DNA from: Mytilus californianus
Lineage: Eukaryota
Assembly (NCBI RefSeq): GCF_021869535.1
Contig: NW_026262701.1
Span: forward strand, 35,402,001 to 35,466,000
Reading direction: 5' to 3'
Length of the DNA: 64,000 nt
The stretch's first letter is position 1, and each line of letters begins with the position of its first letter. A program made the translations under genes and the position numbers. The notes beneath the pieces were generated by a model. The model had not been told where the DNA came from. It saw only the letters and a list, made by a program, of their open reading frames with translations, and did no database searches. Below are positions 1-12,899 of this stretch, piece after piece.

Positions 1-147
1 ACATGATTGTATGTTATCACAACTGTGATGACGGTTATTGGTTCGATCAGGATGTCAAGCCTGATTATTGGTGTGGAAATAAAACATTCCATTTGTGGGA
101 TTTTCAAACGGAGGAAAATCCTTATGCACGACTCCCATCTTGCTCAG
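1..147 (+). CDS. Gene A exon (partial): Cys/Trp-rich extracellular module
   Basis: Frame from nt 3 is open: MIVCYHNCDDGYWFDQDVKPDYWCGNKTFHLWDFQTEENPYARLPSCS; ends tcag|gtaagt, phase 1. Confidence 0.85.
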
Positions 148-3100
148 GTAAGTAATGGACCACTTTTGATATCTTAAATTGTCTTTTCGGCTAAACTTAT
201 TACAAATATAGAATTTTCTCTATTTCAATGATTACTGGTTAATGATTAATGATTAACTCATGTTAATTAATAGAAAAAGACTTTTTAATAATGTGATTTT
301 CAAAATCATTATTCTCTCCATCTATGAACGAATTTTAAAAAGAAAACATATGAGTTATTCAGTTATACAAACGTTCGTTTTTGAATATATTCTATGCTTT
401 TTAGAAATTCAAGAGTCGTTGATGATTTATGTGAACTATACTTCTTTTTACGACCTATGGGAATGCGAAAGTGAAACAGAAATGACAATAGCATCAAAAA
501 TAAGCAATGGATATAAAGAACTATCATGGTATATCTCATCATCTTGCCTTATGACAAACTATGAGATTCATAATTGTAATGAAAACGAACAGCGTACCAG
601 GCGTGATATCAGCAATGTGAACATTGGATTTACGGTAACCCTTACCTGCAATACCACAAAACGTAAGATTAAGATAGTTTATAATAATCCCTATGAAAGG
701 CTGGGTGTATATAAACTTTTTAACAATTTTGGAAGCTTAAAATGAAAAGTGATTCAGATTTTTTCGTTCGTGTTTTGTTTTGTGGATCCATATTTTTCAT
801 TCACGTTATAACGCATAGCTGGTTTAGTATTGTTAAGCTGTATGTTACTATAATGTTAATTCAAATGTAAACGAATTTTCAAATAAGATAGCACTTAATA
901 ATTTTAACCGTTATTATATGTGGGTTCTATAATGTTCATGAAATTCAAATCTTTGTATGATCTTATCATGGACAAATGATTAAATAGAACAGAGGTTACT
1001 TTTTCCTATTATTACAAAAAACCAACCGGACATTTGAGTTTACTCCCGTTTTTCATTACGTTCGTATGTGTGAAGGACGATATTTGATAAATTAAGATAA
1101 TGATACAAAATGTGTGTCCTGCCAGTGATTGATTCTGTCAGTGTAAAAGTGCAATATTGATTGCCAAAAAATAAGTCCATAGTTCGGAAAATACGAAAAA
1201 TATATAAAAGCATTCCAACTTTTTTCTTCATATGTTTATTCTTGATAATGAAGATGTTTCTGTCCAAGTTTCGAAACATTGAATGAATATTTAACAAAAT
1301 TAATAATGTCTTTAAAAAATTATACCAGACTGAACATTTTTGTAAATATTAACTTGGGAAAAATAGTCCATCTATCAATAAAATACTGTAAAATGAAACT
1401 AAAAAAATACTGAAGTTGTTTCCCCTTAATCATTAACATTTTCTGTCACAGTTTTTTAAAATAATTTGTCGGTTTTACATAATTACTGATGTTTTAAAAA
1501 GATTTAACGAAGCATTATATCTTAATGTTCACTGCCAGACAAAAATTAACAGCATTTGTCTGTAAAATACAAAAAAAAATAATATATATATTTTCGAAAT
1601 TTTTTTCTGGATACTGACTTTGGACTGATAAGCTGCTGTCTTGTCTCAGTTTTATGAAATTCTATGAAGGTTTGACAAAGTAATTGATGTCTAAATATCT
1701 TTAACCCCAGGCTGAACCTAAATGTTGACAACGACGACGCAAACGCCAACGACGGAATTAGGATTGTTTTGTCAAGCTACAAAACATATACATCCAGGGG
1801 TTAATGTAGGATTTTCTGTGTCTCTTCTCATTATCAACATTCTCTCACAGTCAAAGATACAAAAAATAGGGGTGTAATCTGTAATTTTACCGATTGTCTC
1901 CGATTCCCGATTGCGATATTTTGACTGATTCTGGATTGGCATGGCTAGTTGATGATTATCCTGTCAACGCATCCGGTCTCGCTCCATTTGGAGTATATTC
2001 GAATCCCTCACCTTGATTTGTCTTCTAACTCGATTAACTAGTATGAGATTCAAACATCTGTCAACTATTCTTGTTTTAATGTAATTTAACTATCGTCTTC
2101 ATACTTATTTATTAAAGATGACACACGGACCTGTTATTACGGGCTTGCAGATGCAGTGGTGGAAATGAGGTCTCTAGAAAACAATGGTCAATCATTTAAC
2201 ATTCTCATTGGGTAACGATACCTACCAAATAACACAGAATCAATCGACCTCAGACAGTTGGTTAAAGTGTCCATCTGGTTCTATTGCTAATGTGGCGTTT
2301 TGTGGTAATACTTAAATGATATACTAGAAAAATATGCGTATATTGCGTATAAAGAACAATCCAAAACCGTCTATTGTAAATTGAAGGAATTTCAAATTAC
2401 AGAAAGTTAGCGTTCTATTGTAAACTGAAGGAATTGCAAGTTTAACAAAGTTGCAGTTAAGTATGCTTCATATCTTGATTTACATTTGGAAATTGATAAT
2501 AGAACAAAACTTAACGACAAAAGAGATGATTTCGGCTTCCAATTGTGAATTTCCCATTTCTATTCCAGCAGCACCTGCATAAAAGGGTAATGTTTCTTCA
2601 AGTTGATACGATATTCCAGAGCTTGCGTTTCTTATATATATTTGAGCGTTCCCGGAGAAGCTAAATCCAGAGAAGCGCTTCGGACGCGCAAAATTTGTGA
2701 AGTTATATATTCATTTACTAGCATTAGGTTGATACCACTGCAGGAGGATTGTTAGTCGCCGATGGCATCATCAGCTCAGTAGTCAGTGCCTCACTACTGA
2801 CATGATTTGTAATCTACTTTCTAAAATTCCCTGTTTGAAAAGAAAGAAATTATTATGGCAAGTTGACGTTAGATAAATTTTTCTATTCTTTTTAGGTCCA
2901 TTTTGGTCATATATATCCTTACGTTATTACGTATTTATACATCCCTGGCTTCAAAATGTTTAGGCTCGAGTGTTTCTGGTTAAGTTACATCACGGAAAGG
3001 GCTATGGACGAGATTGATTAAGTGTTATTTTCAATTTCTTGATAGAAAGTTGCTGCTGTCCAGGTCGGTATTGAATAAGTATTTCTAGTGGTAAATTAGG

Positions 3101-6100
3101 AGATATCCAATTGTAAGCTTTACGAAAACCATCATGATTTTGGTTTATCGTTATGGAATATCGGTGTCACGTGTCACAGATGATCAGGGATAGTTATAAT
3201 TAAAGCAGCTACAACCCCGTTCGCGGTTCCTCGGTTGAGATATAACCAAATGAGACTTATCATCGAATTTATACTTACCATAAACAGCGACGAGTGTCAT
3301 ATTTGAAGCAGGATCTATTTACCCATCTGGAGCATCTGAGATTAACCGTTTGTTTTTGGTAGTGTTTGTGTTGATCAGTCTTTAGTTTTCCGTGTAGTGT
3401 TTTGTAGCCTGCTCCAATGAGTCTTATACTTTTAGATACTAGATTTGTCGTTTTATCTATAAATATACCAATTGTCCAATTCCCGATTATGACATTTTGA
3501 CCGCGTGTGGAAAAAGTAAAATAACAAAAATACCGAACTCCAAGGAAAATTCAAATCGTAAAATAAAAAGCTCAAACACATCGAACGTATGGAAAACAAC
3601 TGTCATATTCCTGACTTGATACAGGCATTTCCTTATGTAGAAAATGGTGGATTAAACCTGGTTTTATAGCTAGCTAAACCTCTCACTTATAGGACAGTCG
3701 CATAAAATTTCATTATATTGATAACAAAGTGTGAACAAAACAAACAGACATAATAGGTAAAAATGTCAAAAATAGGGCACAGCAGTCAACATTGTGTTAT
3801 AATGTTAATCACTGTGGCGGATCATGCATGAATAGCAAGAAACACTTACCCGTCGACGTATCCGATCTCGCTCTTTTGGAATTCTTCTATTCCATCATTT
3901 TTTTTATTGTTAGCTTTATTTGTCTTCTAAATAAATTTAAATATATGAGATTTGAACATCAGTAAACTATTGTTGCCCATATTTCCGTAATTCTTTGACC
4001 TTTAAATTTTTATTGTCCTTTTGATTGGCTTATAGAACAATTTGGAAAAAAACATTGAAAATCCATCCATTTATCATATAAGTACAGAAGCAAAGGCTAC
4101 TGGGCGGATGATTTCCTTTTGGTACGGTTGGATTAGATTAATGTTTAAAACCTTCTATATGTGTCACTCTCGTAATATGTTATTGCATTCGAATTTTGTG
4201 ACCGTTAATTCATATTTCTAATAAACAATTCATTTGTGATTTCTATTTCTTCAGTTCCTTGTAGTATTGGTCATTATCTATCAAATGAAGAATGTTTACC
4301 GTGTCAAGTCGGTACATACCAGCTATTGACGGGCCAGACATTTTGTTTTGTATGTCCAACTGGAACAACTACTGAAGGAATTAGCTCTGTTTCTATAGAT
4401 GATTGTAACAGTGAGTCTTCATATTTCAATTAAACTAGAACACACCCGCAAAATCGAGGGCATTTACAGCTTGTAAAATGAATTTTTGTAAAAGATTTTA
4501 TGTCTTGAGAATTTCAGAAAAGGTATCAAAAGCCCTCTCCCTTTTTTCCAAAGTCCGTTATTTGTTTCCTTTCTGTTAAATTCCATTATTTTCGCGTTTC
4601 TGGCCTCAGACCACTATTAGTCTTCCCCTTTGCTACAATGCATTTTTTGGTAAAAGTCAAATTAAATTAAAAAACTTGCACCGCTTCAAACATGAAATAA
4701 ATGTAACTGCTTATAGATCATTATTATTCTAATAAAATATGCTTCTAGGACAATCCATCAGTGCTTTTTCTTTTGAGAGCCCTATTAACATGCCAATGGT
4801 AGGATTTGGATCTTGTATAAATTACTAAGGCTAATTTCTACCCTACTTTCATTTTGGCCAAATCACTACTTTCACTTTCAACAATAAAATTTTTTCCACA
4901 TGTTTTACTTATTTCAATATATAAGCAACTGATATGACCCCTTAAATAGTAAACATTTCAAAGAAACAGTAGACAGAATACTTAAGAAGCAGGACCCCAT
5001 ATAATAATTGGGAACTATATTCCAAGACCACGAACAAAGGGAATTAATTGTGGTCTGAAGCCTTCTGTATACTATGAACATACGTATAAATAACTATTTT
5101 GCTATTAACTACAAATTCCAAGTTTCTTCTCCACGGCGATCACTGCTATAATTATATAGAGAGTCTCTATATATTATATTATTATAATCATAGTATACAT
5201 GTAGATAAACGCAAAAATAATTGTCCTTTCTCCGAGTACTTATGAAAATCATGTGCAAGTTTAAAACCTGACGTCTTATCCATGACTAAAAGTCGGTCTG
5301 ATGACGGAAACAATCATCGGGACGCTTTTTTTCCGTTTTTCTCCAAAAATAACTCAATCTGAATAATCATAAGAATGGATGACAAATGCGACTATGCATG
5401 GTACCTATAGGACACAGAGGCATGATGATTAATTTATTGTGGAAGGAAGAGAAGCGACACACAAAATGAGGTCTTCTCGTTTAATAGTATAAATACTTAT
5501 TGTGTATATTTTTACAGTTATTGATATACCATTATACATGTAAATAACTTATAAACATGAAATATGTTATCAAAGCTTTGTTAGTTTTAGTTCTTGCAAT
5601 TAATTTTCTAATGTTTATTTTTCAACTTCTTTTAGAATCAATTGCAACTGATGATACAGGCACTGGTACGTATTGTGAGTCATGTTTCAGTAAAGCAGGC
5701 TCTCTTTTCTCTGTTGTTTGTTTGTTAGGATTTTCTTGAACGCCATTTTTTTTTTTCATGTGGTAATAAAACACGTGCAACGTTTATCACCGACAAATTG
5801 ATCGATTATTGATAAAATCGAATTACCATGTAAAAGCAACTATAATTCAAATATTTTTTAAATGTCAATGGTGGTTTTAGCTAAAAGGAGTTGCCTTGTA
5901 TATCAGTCTTTTCTCCTTTTATTTATGACTGAGCTATGAGTTTTTAGTAGTTATAGATTCAAATCGTACTGAATACAATGGTGCGAATGACCACCAAAAC
6001 ATTATTATGACTTTTGTCCAATAAGATATTTATTTTTTTAACTTTTTTAGAGTTATTTTTTTTTTCTTTCACTTGAGATATTTTAAAGATCAACGATATA

Positions 6101-8779
6101 AACTCTGCATCGTTCCCACTGTTTATTATCCAAATTATACTTTAATTGTTTTCCTTTTTATTTTACAGTTTTTACAATATTAGGATTGGCTATCAGTATA
6201 GTGGTTTTATTTACCATTATCATGTTTATGGTAGTTTTAATTATCATTTGCAGACGGAAGTGGTATGTATTAATACAGTATGCGTGCGTAATAAGTCAAT
6301 GCAATTTACTTACATATGACGTCAGGTCTGTTGGTGCCGCTTTATTTAGAAATGTTAAAAATCACATATGCTTCTCCATCTCAGTATTTTTTTAATTTAT
6401 CACATGTTAGACATAAAGTATTTTCAGTAGATGAAATTGTTGTCTGTTGGGGTGTCACTAGTAGAGTTGTAACTGTTGACCTTTCCGGAACATTTGAGAC
6501 CAACAATGTGTTTGGGTAGACAGTAATTGAAAAAGAAGATATTATTTCAAAGACAATCGTAATAAATTCAATATACTGACCTTTCGATCCAAAAGATTAG
6601 AAACCATGCTCCTATTTTCGTTTTTAGAATCCGAAACTAAAAGCTAAACAAGTGTTTTGGTAGAGATCGTGTAATTCAATCTCTAAGTTGTGTAGTGCTT
6701 TGTGGACAGTTGATTTGTGTTTTCTTTATTTTTTAGTAAAGGGGGAGGGTAGTACTATGCTTTCTACAAATTATGGTGTTGATTGCCTTCGGATTATCTT
6801 TTCCATCTTTTTTTATTATCAAATTAAATTATAATTGTATACACATTTGATGTGTGGTTGTTGATTGGGGGCTTCTGAACTCTATGGAGTTTCTTGACGA
6901 AGAAATTGATTATCTTTTGTAAATTAATGTCTTACAAACAAGATTTCTCATAACAGTATTGAAACTTCACTAAATGTGGATTGTTCTTACGTTGTTAGAA
7001 TGCTCATATTTTTTGTTCAAACGACACGATTTCTCATCGAAAAGAATTTACAAAATATAAGCTTCGAAAAGAAAATAACTTTGCAAATGACAAGTTAGAA
7101 ACGTGCAAAACTTTAAACTAACCTAAGGTTCCTTGAATAAGGAAAGTAATATCAGATGATGTAGTCTTTATTTTGCGTGCATGCAACACCTTTATATTTC
7201 TATGATTTGACCAAAAATAAGAATACTCATGTGTCGTTTTGATCAGAAATACTCACGTAACATATATTTTTAATACTAATTCTAACAATTCTTCAATTCT
7301 TCTTACAGTTTTAAAACACAGCTTAACGTGACAAACAATTCTGCTGAGACGGTTTCTTTAGAGAGAGTTCAAAGTTCGTTGTGAGTATGCTTATTATATT
7401 GAATGCCACTCATACTCTGAAGTTTCTGATAAACTTCATTCAGCGTATGTCAAAGAAAAAAGTATTAAAAAATTCTAAGGTAAATTCAAAAGGAGTTATT
7501 TCTTAAGAAAATGGTGGGTTAAACCTGTTTTTATAGCAAGCTAAACTTCCCATTTGTATTACAGTAAAGTGTATCTCCATAGATAAGAGAAAGTGCACAT
7601 ATTTTTCAGAAACCTCCGCAGATTTTAGGTAGGTAATTATGTTTCCATTGTCAAAAAAGGAATGTAATTTTGATTACAGTAAAAAAGGTAAAAAAAAAAA
7701 ATAAATATTTTAAAAAATTAAAGAGAGTGATCAGACTTCTTCAAGAAAATATGGCACTTACTGCATTTACAGTAGAAAATATTTCCATGTTAAATATTAA
7801 ACATTCCATTTAAATTTTAAAAACCGTTATAGCAGACGTCTTTTAAAGGCATTTTCATAGAGAAAGTCTTTTAATACCTGTTGCATGTATCTGTTTTTAA
7901 ATAAATGTTGACTGCTGTAACGAAGAGTTATTATGAATAAGCTTCAATTAAATAACATTTCTTTCTGAAGTAGAAGTATCGTAGCATTTTAGTTGAACTC
8001 ATAACATAAAACAATCATAAAAAAAAGTTATCATGATTTCAAGCTGCTTTGAACTTCCTTATCTCAGTTTACAGCTGTCGATTATTACCAAAAGAAGTGA
8101 AGGCTTGTGATCTGACCGAGAGCGAGGTAAAACTTTGAAAACCATATCAAAGCTGGTTAGTCACTGTGCTATGAGAAAAAAAACAAATGATGATGACTAT
8201 CCATAGAACAATACAAGTCAGACCCAAGCCGACATAATCATTATTACATTCATAAATGTTAACGACAAACAAAATTTTAGACCAAAGCTAGGGAAATATG
8301 GACTCCGTAAAAGTTAAAATTATTCAGATATGTATGTAACGAACGCAATATTAACTATGTTTTAAAAAGTGTAGGAGATTCCAAGGGTAGTAATCAGAAA
8401 TATGAAGGTGAAGTAGTACATGCAATACCGTGATAAAAGGTGAACAGCTAGCAGACAATCAACAGTCCTCATAACAATATAGTGAAAACTAAAGATTCAA
8501 CAGTCTCTGCATAAACTCTTAATAAAAATGTTACTTTAACAGATAGTTTTGAAAAATATATAATTGTGGTTGTTTCAAAATAGCTTTTAATCTGTACGGT
8601 CTCAACCAGAATTCACGACTTTTTTGCCATTGCAGTTCTCGTGAGTTATGTTTGTTAATATATCTTTACACACATGATGCACTCGCTTTATCATTTCTAC
8701 AGTTAATCAGAAAAAAGAAAATCAAGTGAGACTAGAAATAAATACTGTTGATTTTTTATTTCAGATCTTAGAACAGTGA
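1..8779 (+). CDS. Gene A (5'-truncated, 9 exons in window): type I membrane protein with Cys-rich modules (SVEP1/SCUBE-like GCC2-GCC3 repeat), TM helix and short tail
   Basis: Exons 1-147, 405-662, 2118-2304, 4255-4410, 5636-5665, 6169-6262, 7309-7380, 8075-8126, 8765-8779, all GT-AG with matching phases. The only break is a 1-bp frameshift in 2118-2304. Confidence 0.8.
405..662 (+). CDS. Gene A exon containing an RTRR furin-type site
   Basis: tttttag|aaattcaa acceptor and aaac|gtaaga donor; internal part of ORF 260..745 (EIQESL...EQRTRRDISN...CNTTK); 258 nt, phase 1-1. Confidence 0.8.
2118..2304 (+). CDS. Gene A exon with a +1 frameshift (not in the ORF track)
   Basis: attaaag|at gac aca... 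reads DTRTCYYGLADAVVEMRSLENNGQSFNILIG then TAA at 2213-2215. Removing one G of GGG 2210-2212 continues NDTYQITQNQSTSDSWLKCPSGSIANVAFC to g|gtaata. Length is 187 nt = 186+1. Confidence 0.7.
2460..3410 (+). mobile_element. Decayed retroelement 3' fragments (RT C-terminal end, probably Penelope-like)
   Basis: 2460-2640 reads, with indels, SYLDLHLEIDN..KLNDKRDDF..IVNFPFL..QLIRYSRAC, a motif recalled from abundant bivalve retroelements. The segment gcaggatct(g/a)(c/t)ttaccc..(c/t)ggagca recurs near 3308, 25310 and 42180. Confidence 0.55.
3510..3812 (-). repeat. High-copy interspersed repeat, copy 1 (inverted relative to 9330..9635)
   Basis: Reverse-complement match to 9330..9635 (ctgtcatattcctgacttg.tacagg; aaacctggttttatagctagctaaacctctcac). 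Partial copies near 7510, 12780, 30410, 38700 and 48140. Confidence 0.85.
4255..4410 (+). CDS. Gene A exon: ephrin-receptor-like (GCC2/GCC3) Cys-rich repeat
   Basis: ttcttcag| acceptor, aaca|gtgagt donor; PCSIGHYLSNEECLPCQVGTYQLLTGQTFCFVCPTGTTTEGISSVSIDDC has the CxxGxY...CxxCPxGxTT...C pattern. Confidence 0.9.
4435..5493 (-). mobile_element. Non-autonomous Helitron-like element (about 1.06 kb)
   Basis: Minus strand: 5' a|TTTATACTATTAAACGAG (variant of TCTATACTA) and 3' imperfect GC hairpin cccTCGattttGCggg then gtgttCTAG|t; inserted between A and T. Confidence 0.65.
5636..5665 (+). CDS. Gene A 30-nt stalk exon
   Basis: cttttag|aatcaattgcaactgatgatacaggcactg|gtacgt; SIATDDTGT; phase 1-1. 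Confidence 0.7.
6169..6262 (+). CDS. Gene A transmembrane exon
   Basis: ttttacag| ... aagtg|gtatgt; FTILGLAISIVVLFTIIMFMVVLIIICRRK is a hydrophobic helix followed by a basic stop-transfer motif. Confidence 0.88.
7309..7380 (+). CDS. Gene A cytoplasmic exon 1
   Basis: tcttacag| ... |gtgagt; 72 nt, phase 2-2, open frame FKTQLNVTNNSAETVSLERVQSS. Confidence 0.7.
8075..8126 (+). CDS. Gene A cytoplasmic exon 2 (tentative)
   Basis: tttacag| ... gag|gtaaaa; phase 2-0, CRLLPKEVKACDLTESE. Confidence 0.55.
8765..8779 (+). CDS. Gene A last coding exon (tentative), ILEQ-stop
   Basis: ttttttatttcag|atc tta gaa cag tga, phase-compatible with the previous exon. Confidence 0.45.
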   Translation: MLEQ

Positions 8780-9329
8780 ATTTATTACAGATGAAAGTAT
8801 GCTATATATAAGACCACCTGTGTACTCTATACCTCCACTTGATTATGGTCAATGTCATAATTCAAGACCTTGTAGCAGGCAAAACGAATGCTGAAATTAG
8901 TAGTTACGGAGACATAGTTGGATACTAGTAACTATATATTACGAACAGCTTTACATTTTCAAGTGAATAGCGCAAGATGTTATATTTATGAAAATATTTG
9001 TGCGATTTGCTGTTAAATTCATTTGCTTCGCATACTATTTGTATATATTGATGGAATCATTTCACTCATTTTCCCCTTGCCTCTGATAAAGAGTCATTAT
9101 CGTAATTTGATGAAAGTTTAACGACAAAATTATTTTATGTCTACCTGTGCGAATTTCAAACGCGCGATTTTACACCAGAACTTAAAACCTTCCATCCTTT
9201 ATGGGTGGATTTTACATAGATAAATAAACTCGTATAATAAAAAAGCATAATGAGGATGTTAAATTTGATGTATGCCTTTTTGTGCTTCTTTGTTACATTT
9301 GTTTGTTTTTATATAGATTAAGATGATAA

Positions 9330-9635
9330 CACAATGTTGACTGCTGTACCCCTATTTTGACATTTTTACCTATTGTGTTTGTTTGTTTTGTTCACGCATC
9401 GTTGTCAATATAATGGAATTTGATGCGACTGTCATACAAGTGAGAGGTTTAGCTAGCTATAAAACCAGGTTCAATCCACCTTTTCCTACATAAGAAAATA
9501 CCTGTACCAAGTCAGGAATATGACAGTTGTTATCCATTCGTTTGATGTGGTTGAGCTTTTGATTTTGCCATTTGATTCGGGACTTTCCTTTTTGAATTTT
9601 CCTCGGAGTTCAGTTTTTTTGTGATTTTACTTTTT
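9330..9635 (+). repeat. High-copy interspersed repeat, copy 2
   Basis: cctgtaccaagtcaggaatatgacagttg core shared with several other loci in the window. Confidence 0.85.
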
Positions 9636-12600
9636 AATAGACTTTGAATGTTTCAAATAAACTCATCATATATACCAGAATTACAATTTTGTACGCCAGA
9701 CGCGCGTTTCGTCTACAAAGGACTCATCAGTGACGCTCGAATAAAAAAAGCATAACCTTTATATAGAGAAGATTGTTTCAAACTTTTTAAAAAAGATCCA
9801 TATAAACGTTATGTTATTAAGACCCAAGCATAGCAGTTGAATACAATTATAAGAAAACATTGCATATTTTCGGATATTTTGCATTGAAAAACATCTGGAA
9901 ACAAAGGAATTATACAAGTATTTACAGCGTATTTGAAAGACAACAGTTTTACTTTTTAAAAAAATCTTGTTTTGATTTGGAATGTCTTTTCTTTTCAACC
10001 TTAATAATATACTCAATCATTTGTGAAAATCCTTCAAAATTTCAATTTGAAAACATCTTTCATTTGGTTTATAGTTTACAAAACTAAGATATTTTGACGC
10101 AAAAACATTAAGTAGGCATATGAAACTGTGATTCTGTGAATTAAAGAAAATGTTTTACAAAATTGGTTTTAATTTTTGTTGGAAGGAGGGGTTAGGGATA
10201 CACTTCCTCGAATTGATCAGAACTTTGAATTTTTATGGTTATATTTGTTGTTTTTGAGGGGATATGCATGAAAGGTAGTCAATTGTGAAAACTATTGCAC
10301 AAAAATATTAACTTTTAACACAAGTTTAACGGTCTCACTCCTTTTGGACTTCATGCGATTCCCTCAATTTTTGTTTGTTACCTAAACTTTTATCTCCTTA
10401 ATGTCGATCCGTCCCAAGTCGGTCGACCTGCGATGCATTGACTTGGGGCCGGATCGACTTGGGATCAGATCGGTTTGTGGCCGGAACGACCTGATACCAT
10501 TTGATTTATGAGGTTTGAAAACCGGGTAAACTACCTTTGTCCAAATTTAAACATGTTTTTAGCGCTAAACCCATTGTACGACCCTTCATTGCAGTAGTTC
10601 ATGAAATACTATATATGTGCCTGGACGAGTCAGGAACCTGTTATATTCAGTTATTACTATCTCTATTAAGACGACAGATAAACTTATCCGATTACATAAT
10701 AATGTTTGCTTGCAAAACAGAAGCGGATGATACCAAAGGGATATTCAAACTCTTAAGTCGAAAACGAACTGACAACGCCATGGCAAAACACGAAAAAACG
10801 ACCAAAAGGGAAAAACAACAGTCTACAAAACACAACATAGGAAAACTAAAGACTAAGCAACACGAATCTCATAAAAAATCGGGAGTTATCTTAGGAATGC
10901 AAGGGAGGCACTAGATTTCTATGATATCAACTCGATCGATAAACAATATTAAATCATTGAAGTCTAGACAAAAATATATATATGACTTCAAAATTGTAAG
11001 AAAAATATGCTCACCAAGACATAAGTGTCATGTTGTTTATTTATTTTTTAAGCGATAACATATTTCGGTATTCAGCTTTCAGCTTTTCCAAACATATATT
11101 CAATGCGTTCCGAAAAGTATATACATGTCAATCGTTGACTAATCATCAGGATTTTAATTTTACAAATATATATCTACGGACGGGGACACAGTAAAGCTTT
11201 GAGAAGTTGTGTGTTTTCTATACGTCGCGAGTACTCAGGTGTTCCTATGTCTTATACTCTTCATCGAGTACTTGCACCCATTGACTTCATAGATTGCTCA
11301 TGTTAAGCTAAGGTCAGGATGATACTAAGTGCTACAAATCCTTCCCAAAGTCTAGTCATTTAACATTTGCTCTTGCTAACGTGAATGCATCTATTGCAGA
11401 TCATCATTCGAGCAAGCTAATAGTGAATGTTGCTAATATGTCGGCTTTTGTCCGCTTACTTTTTCTAAGAAAATAAGAATCAATGGTTAAAGATCCATGA
11501 TTTTTCAACGGGAAAAAATGCTCCATCGTGTGATAAGGCGTTAAACACAATTTGATACTTTGAATAATATTTGTGATTTCAACAAATGCTAGAATATGAA
11601 TTCCGCATACAAAAGTTAATACAAACTGCAAATTTACAAAAACGAATGTGTTAGCTAGAAACAGGATTCCAAAAAACGAGAAAAATTGTACAATCTAAAT
11701 TACATCTCAATTAGTTTGAGCCATGCATTTACATGAAAAATCATTAATTTCGAAAGTAAACTTTATACGAATCTTTACCTGAAATTTTGGTTTATATGGG
11801 GGTGTAATTTACGATTAAGTACATGTTTTACTGTCCGTGTGTTTTTGCCATAGACCGTAATTTGATATTAAGAAAACGTAAACATTGCATATTTTGAAAG
11901 AAGCATCTTTAATCATTCATATTGTTTTGATGAACTATGCCAGCATAGTAAAAGTATCTTATAATTGTGTGTAGATCGAGTACTATTTTGTACCTCTTCG
12001 TTGGTATGATGGTAGTCCATTTCACCTCGAGAACGGAGAGTACCTGGGTTCAATCCCCAGCTTAACCAAAGCCTTTAAAATAGCTTATATTTCTGTTCCA
12101 GGCTCGATGAATGCAGGCGTGCACCTGGCATCCACCTAAATCTGAAGAAAATTCTTTTAAGTGAATAAAACAAGTCGGAAATTTCTTAAGATTACGCCCC
12201 AATTTACCTCAAATCTTGGATTTGTGCCTTTGTCCTATAGAAAGTTAAAAATCTTATTAGTATAGTGCAAAGTATGATTATATAATCGGAGTTCGGTGTG
12301 GATTGATGTGTTCTGAGAATGCATGTAATATTGACCGCTGGGTGTAAAACATCCATTAATTAATCAAATTTATCATTTTGTTGAAATTGTACACTTTTTA
12401 AGAAATTGGATTAAAAGGAAATCAGGCAGTAGTCAGCTTTGTTCCGTATAAAGAAAAGAGAGAGACAAGACACCAAGGGGCATCCGCAACCAAGACATCT
12501 TGTCCAATAAAAACAGACACAACAACATAACACTACATAGAAAACTAAAAAATGAGCTACAAGGACCAATTTTCATGTATTACTAGTATTAAGCAGTATT

Positions 12601-12899
12601 ACTTATTTCAACTAACATTATTTGTATACAGTAATTAAACTTAAGCTTTCACTTAAGATGAATTACTTTTCCTTGAGAGTTCAAATACGATAGATATAAA
12701 GCTTAAATTCAGGGTATATGTTCATGTATTTCCATGACAAATGTTCTTTTTTTCTGTCCGAGATAATTTTTACCCGCCTGTACTAAGTCAGGAATATGAC
12801 AGTTGTTTTACGCTGGGTCCGTTGGTATATAACGTTTGATTTTGTTAGATTTTAAGGACTTCCACTTTTTGAATTTACTTGGGAGCTCGGTATTTTTAA

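Noticed and set aside
1890-3980. Similarity between 1890-2085 and 3470-3980 as a possible duplicated exon region
   Set aside because: The second copy is not followed by any remnant of exon 2118-2304; more likely two old copies of a dispersed repeat.
10537-10914. 125-aa ORF
   Set aside because: Its 3' half is the reverse-oriented tail of a dispersed repeat (similar text near 12470 and 43060); no domain signature.
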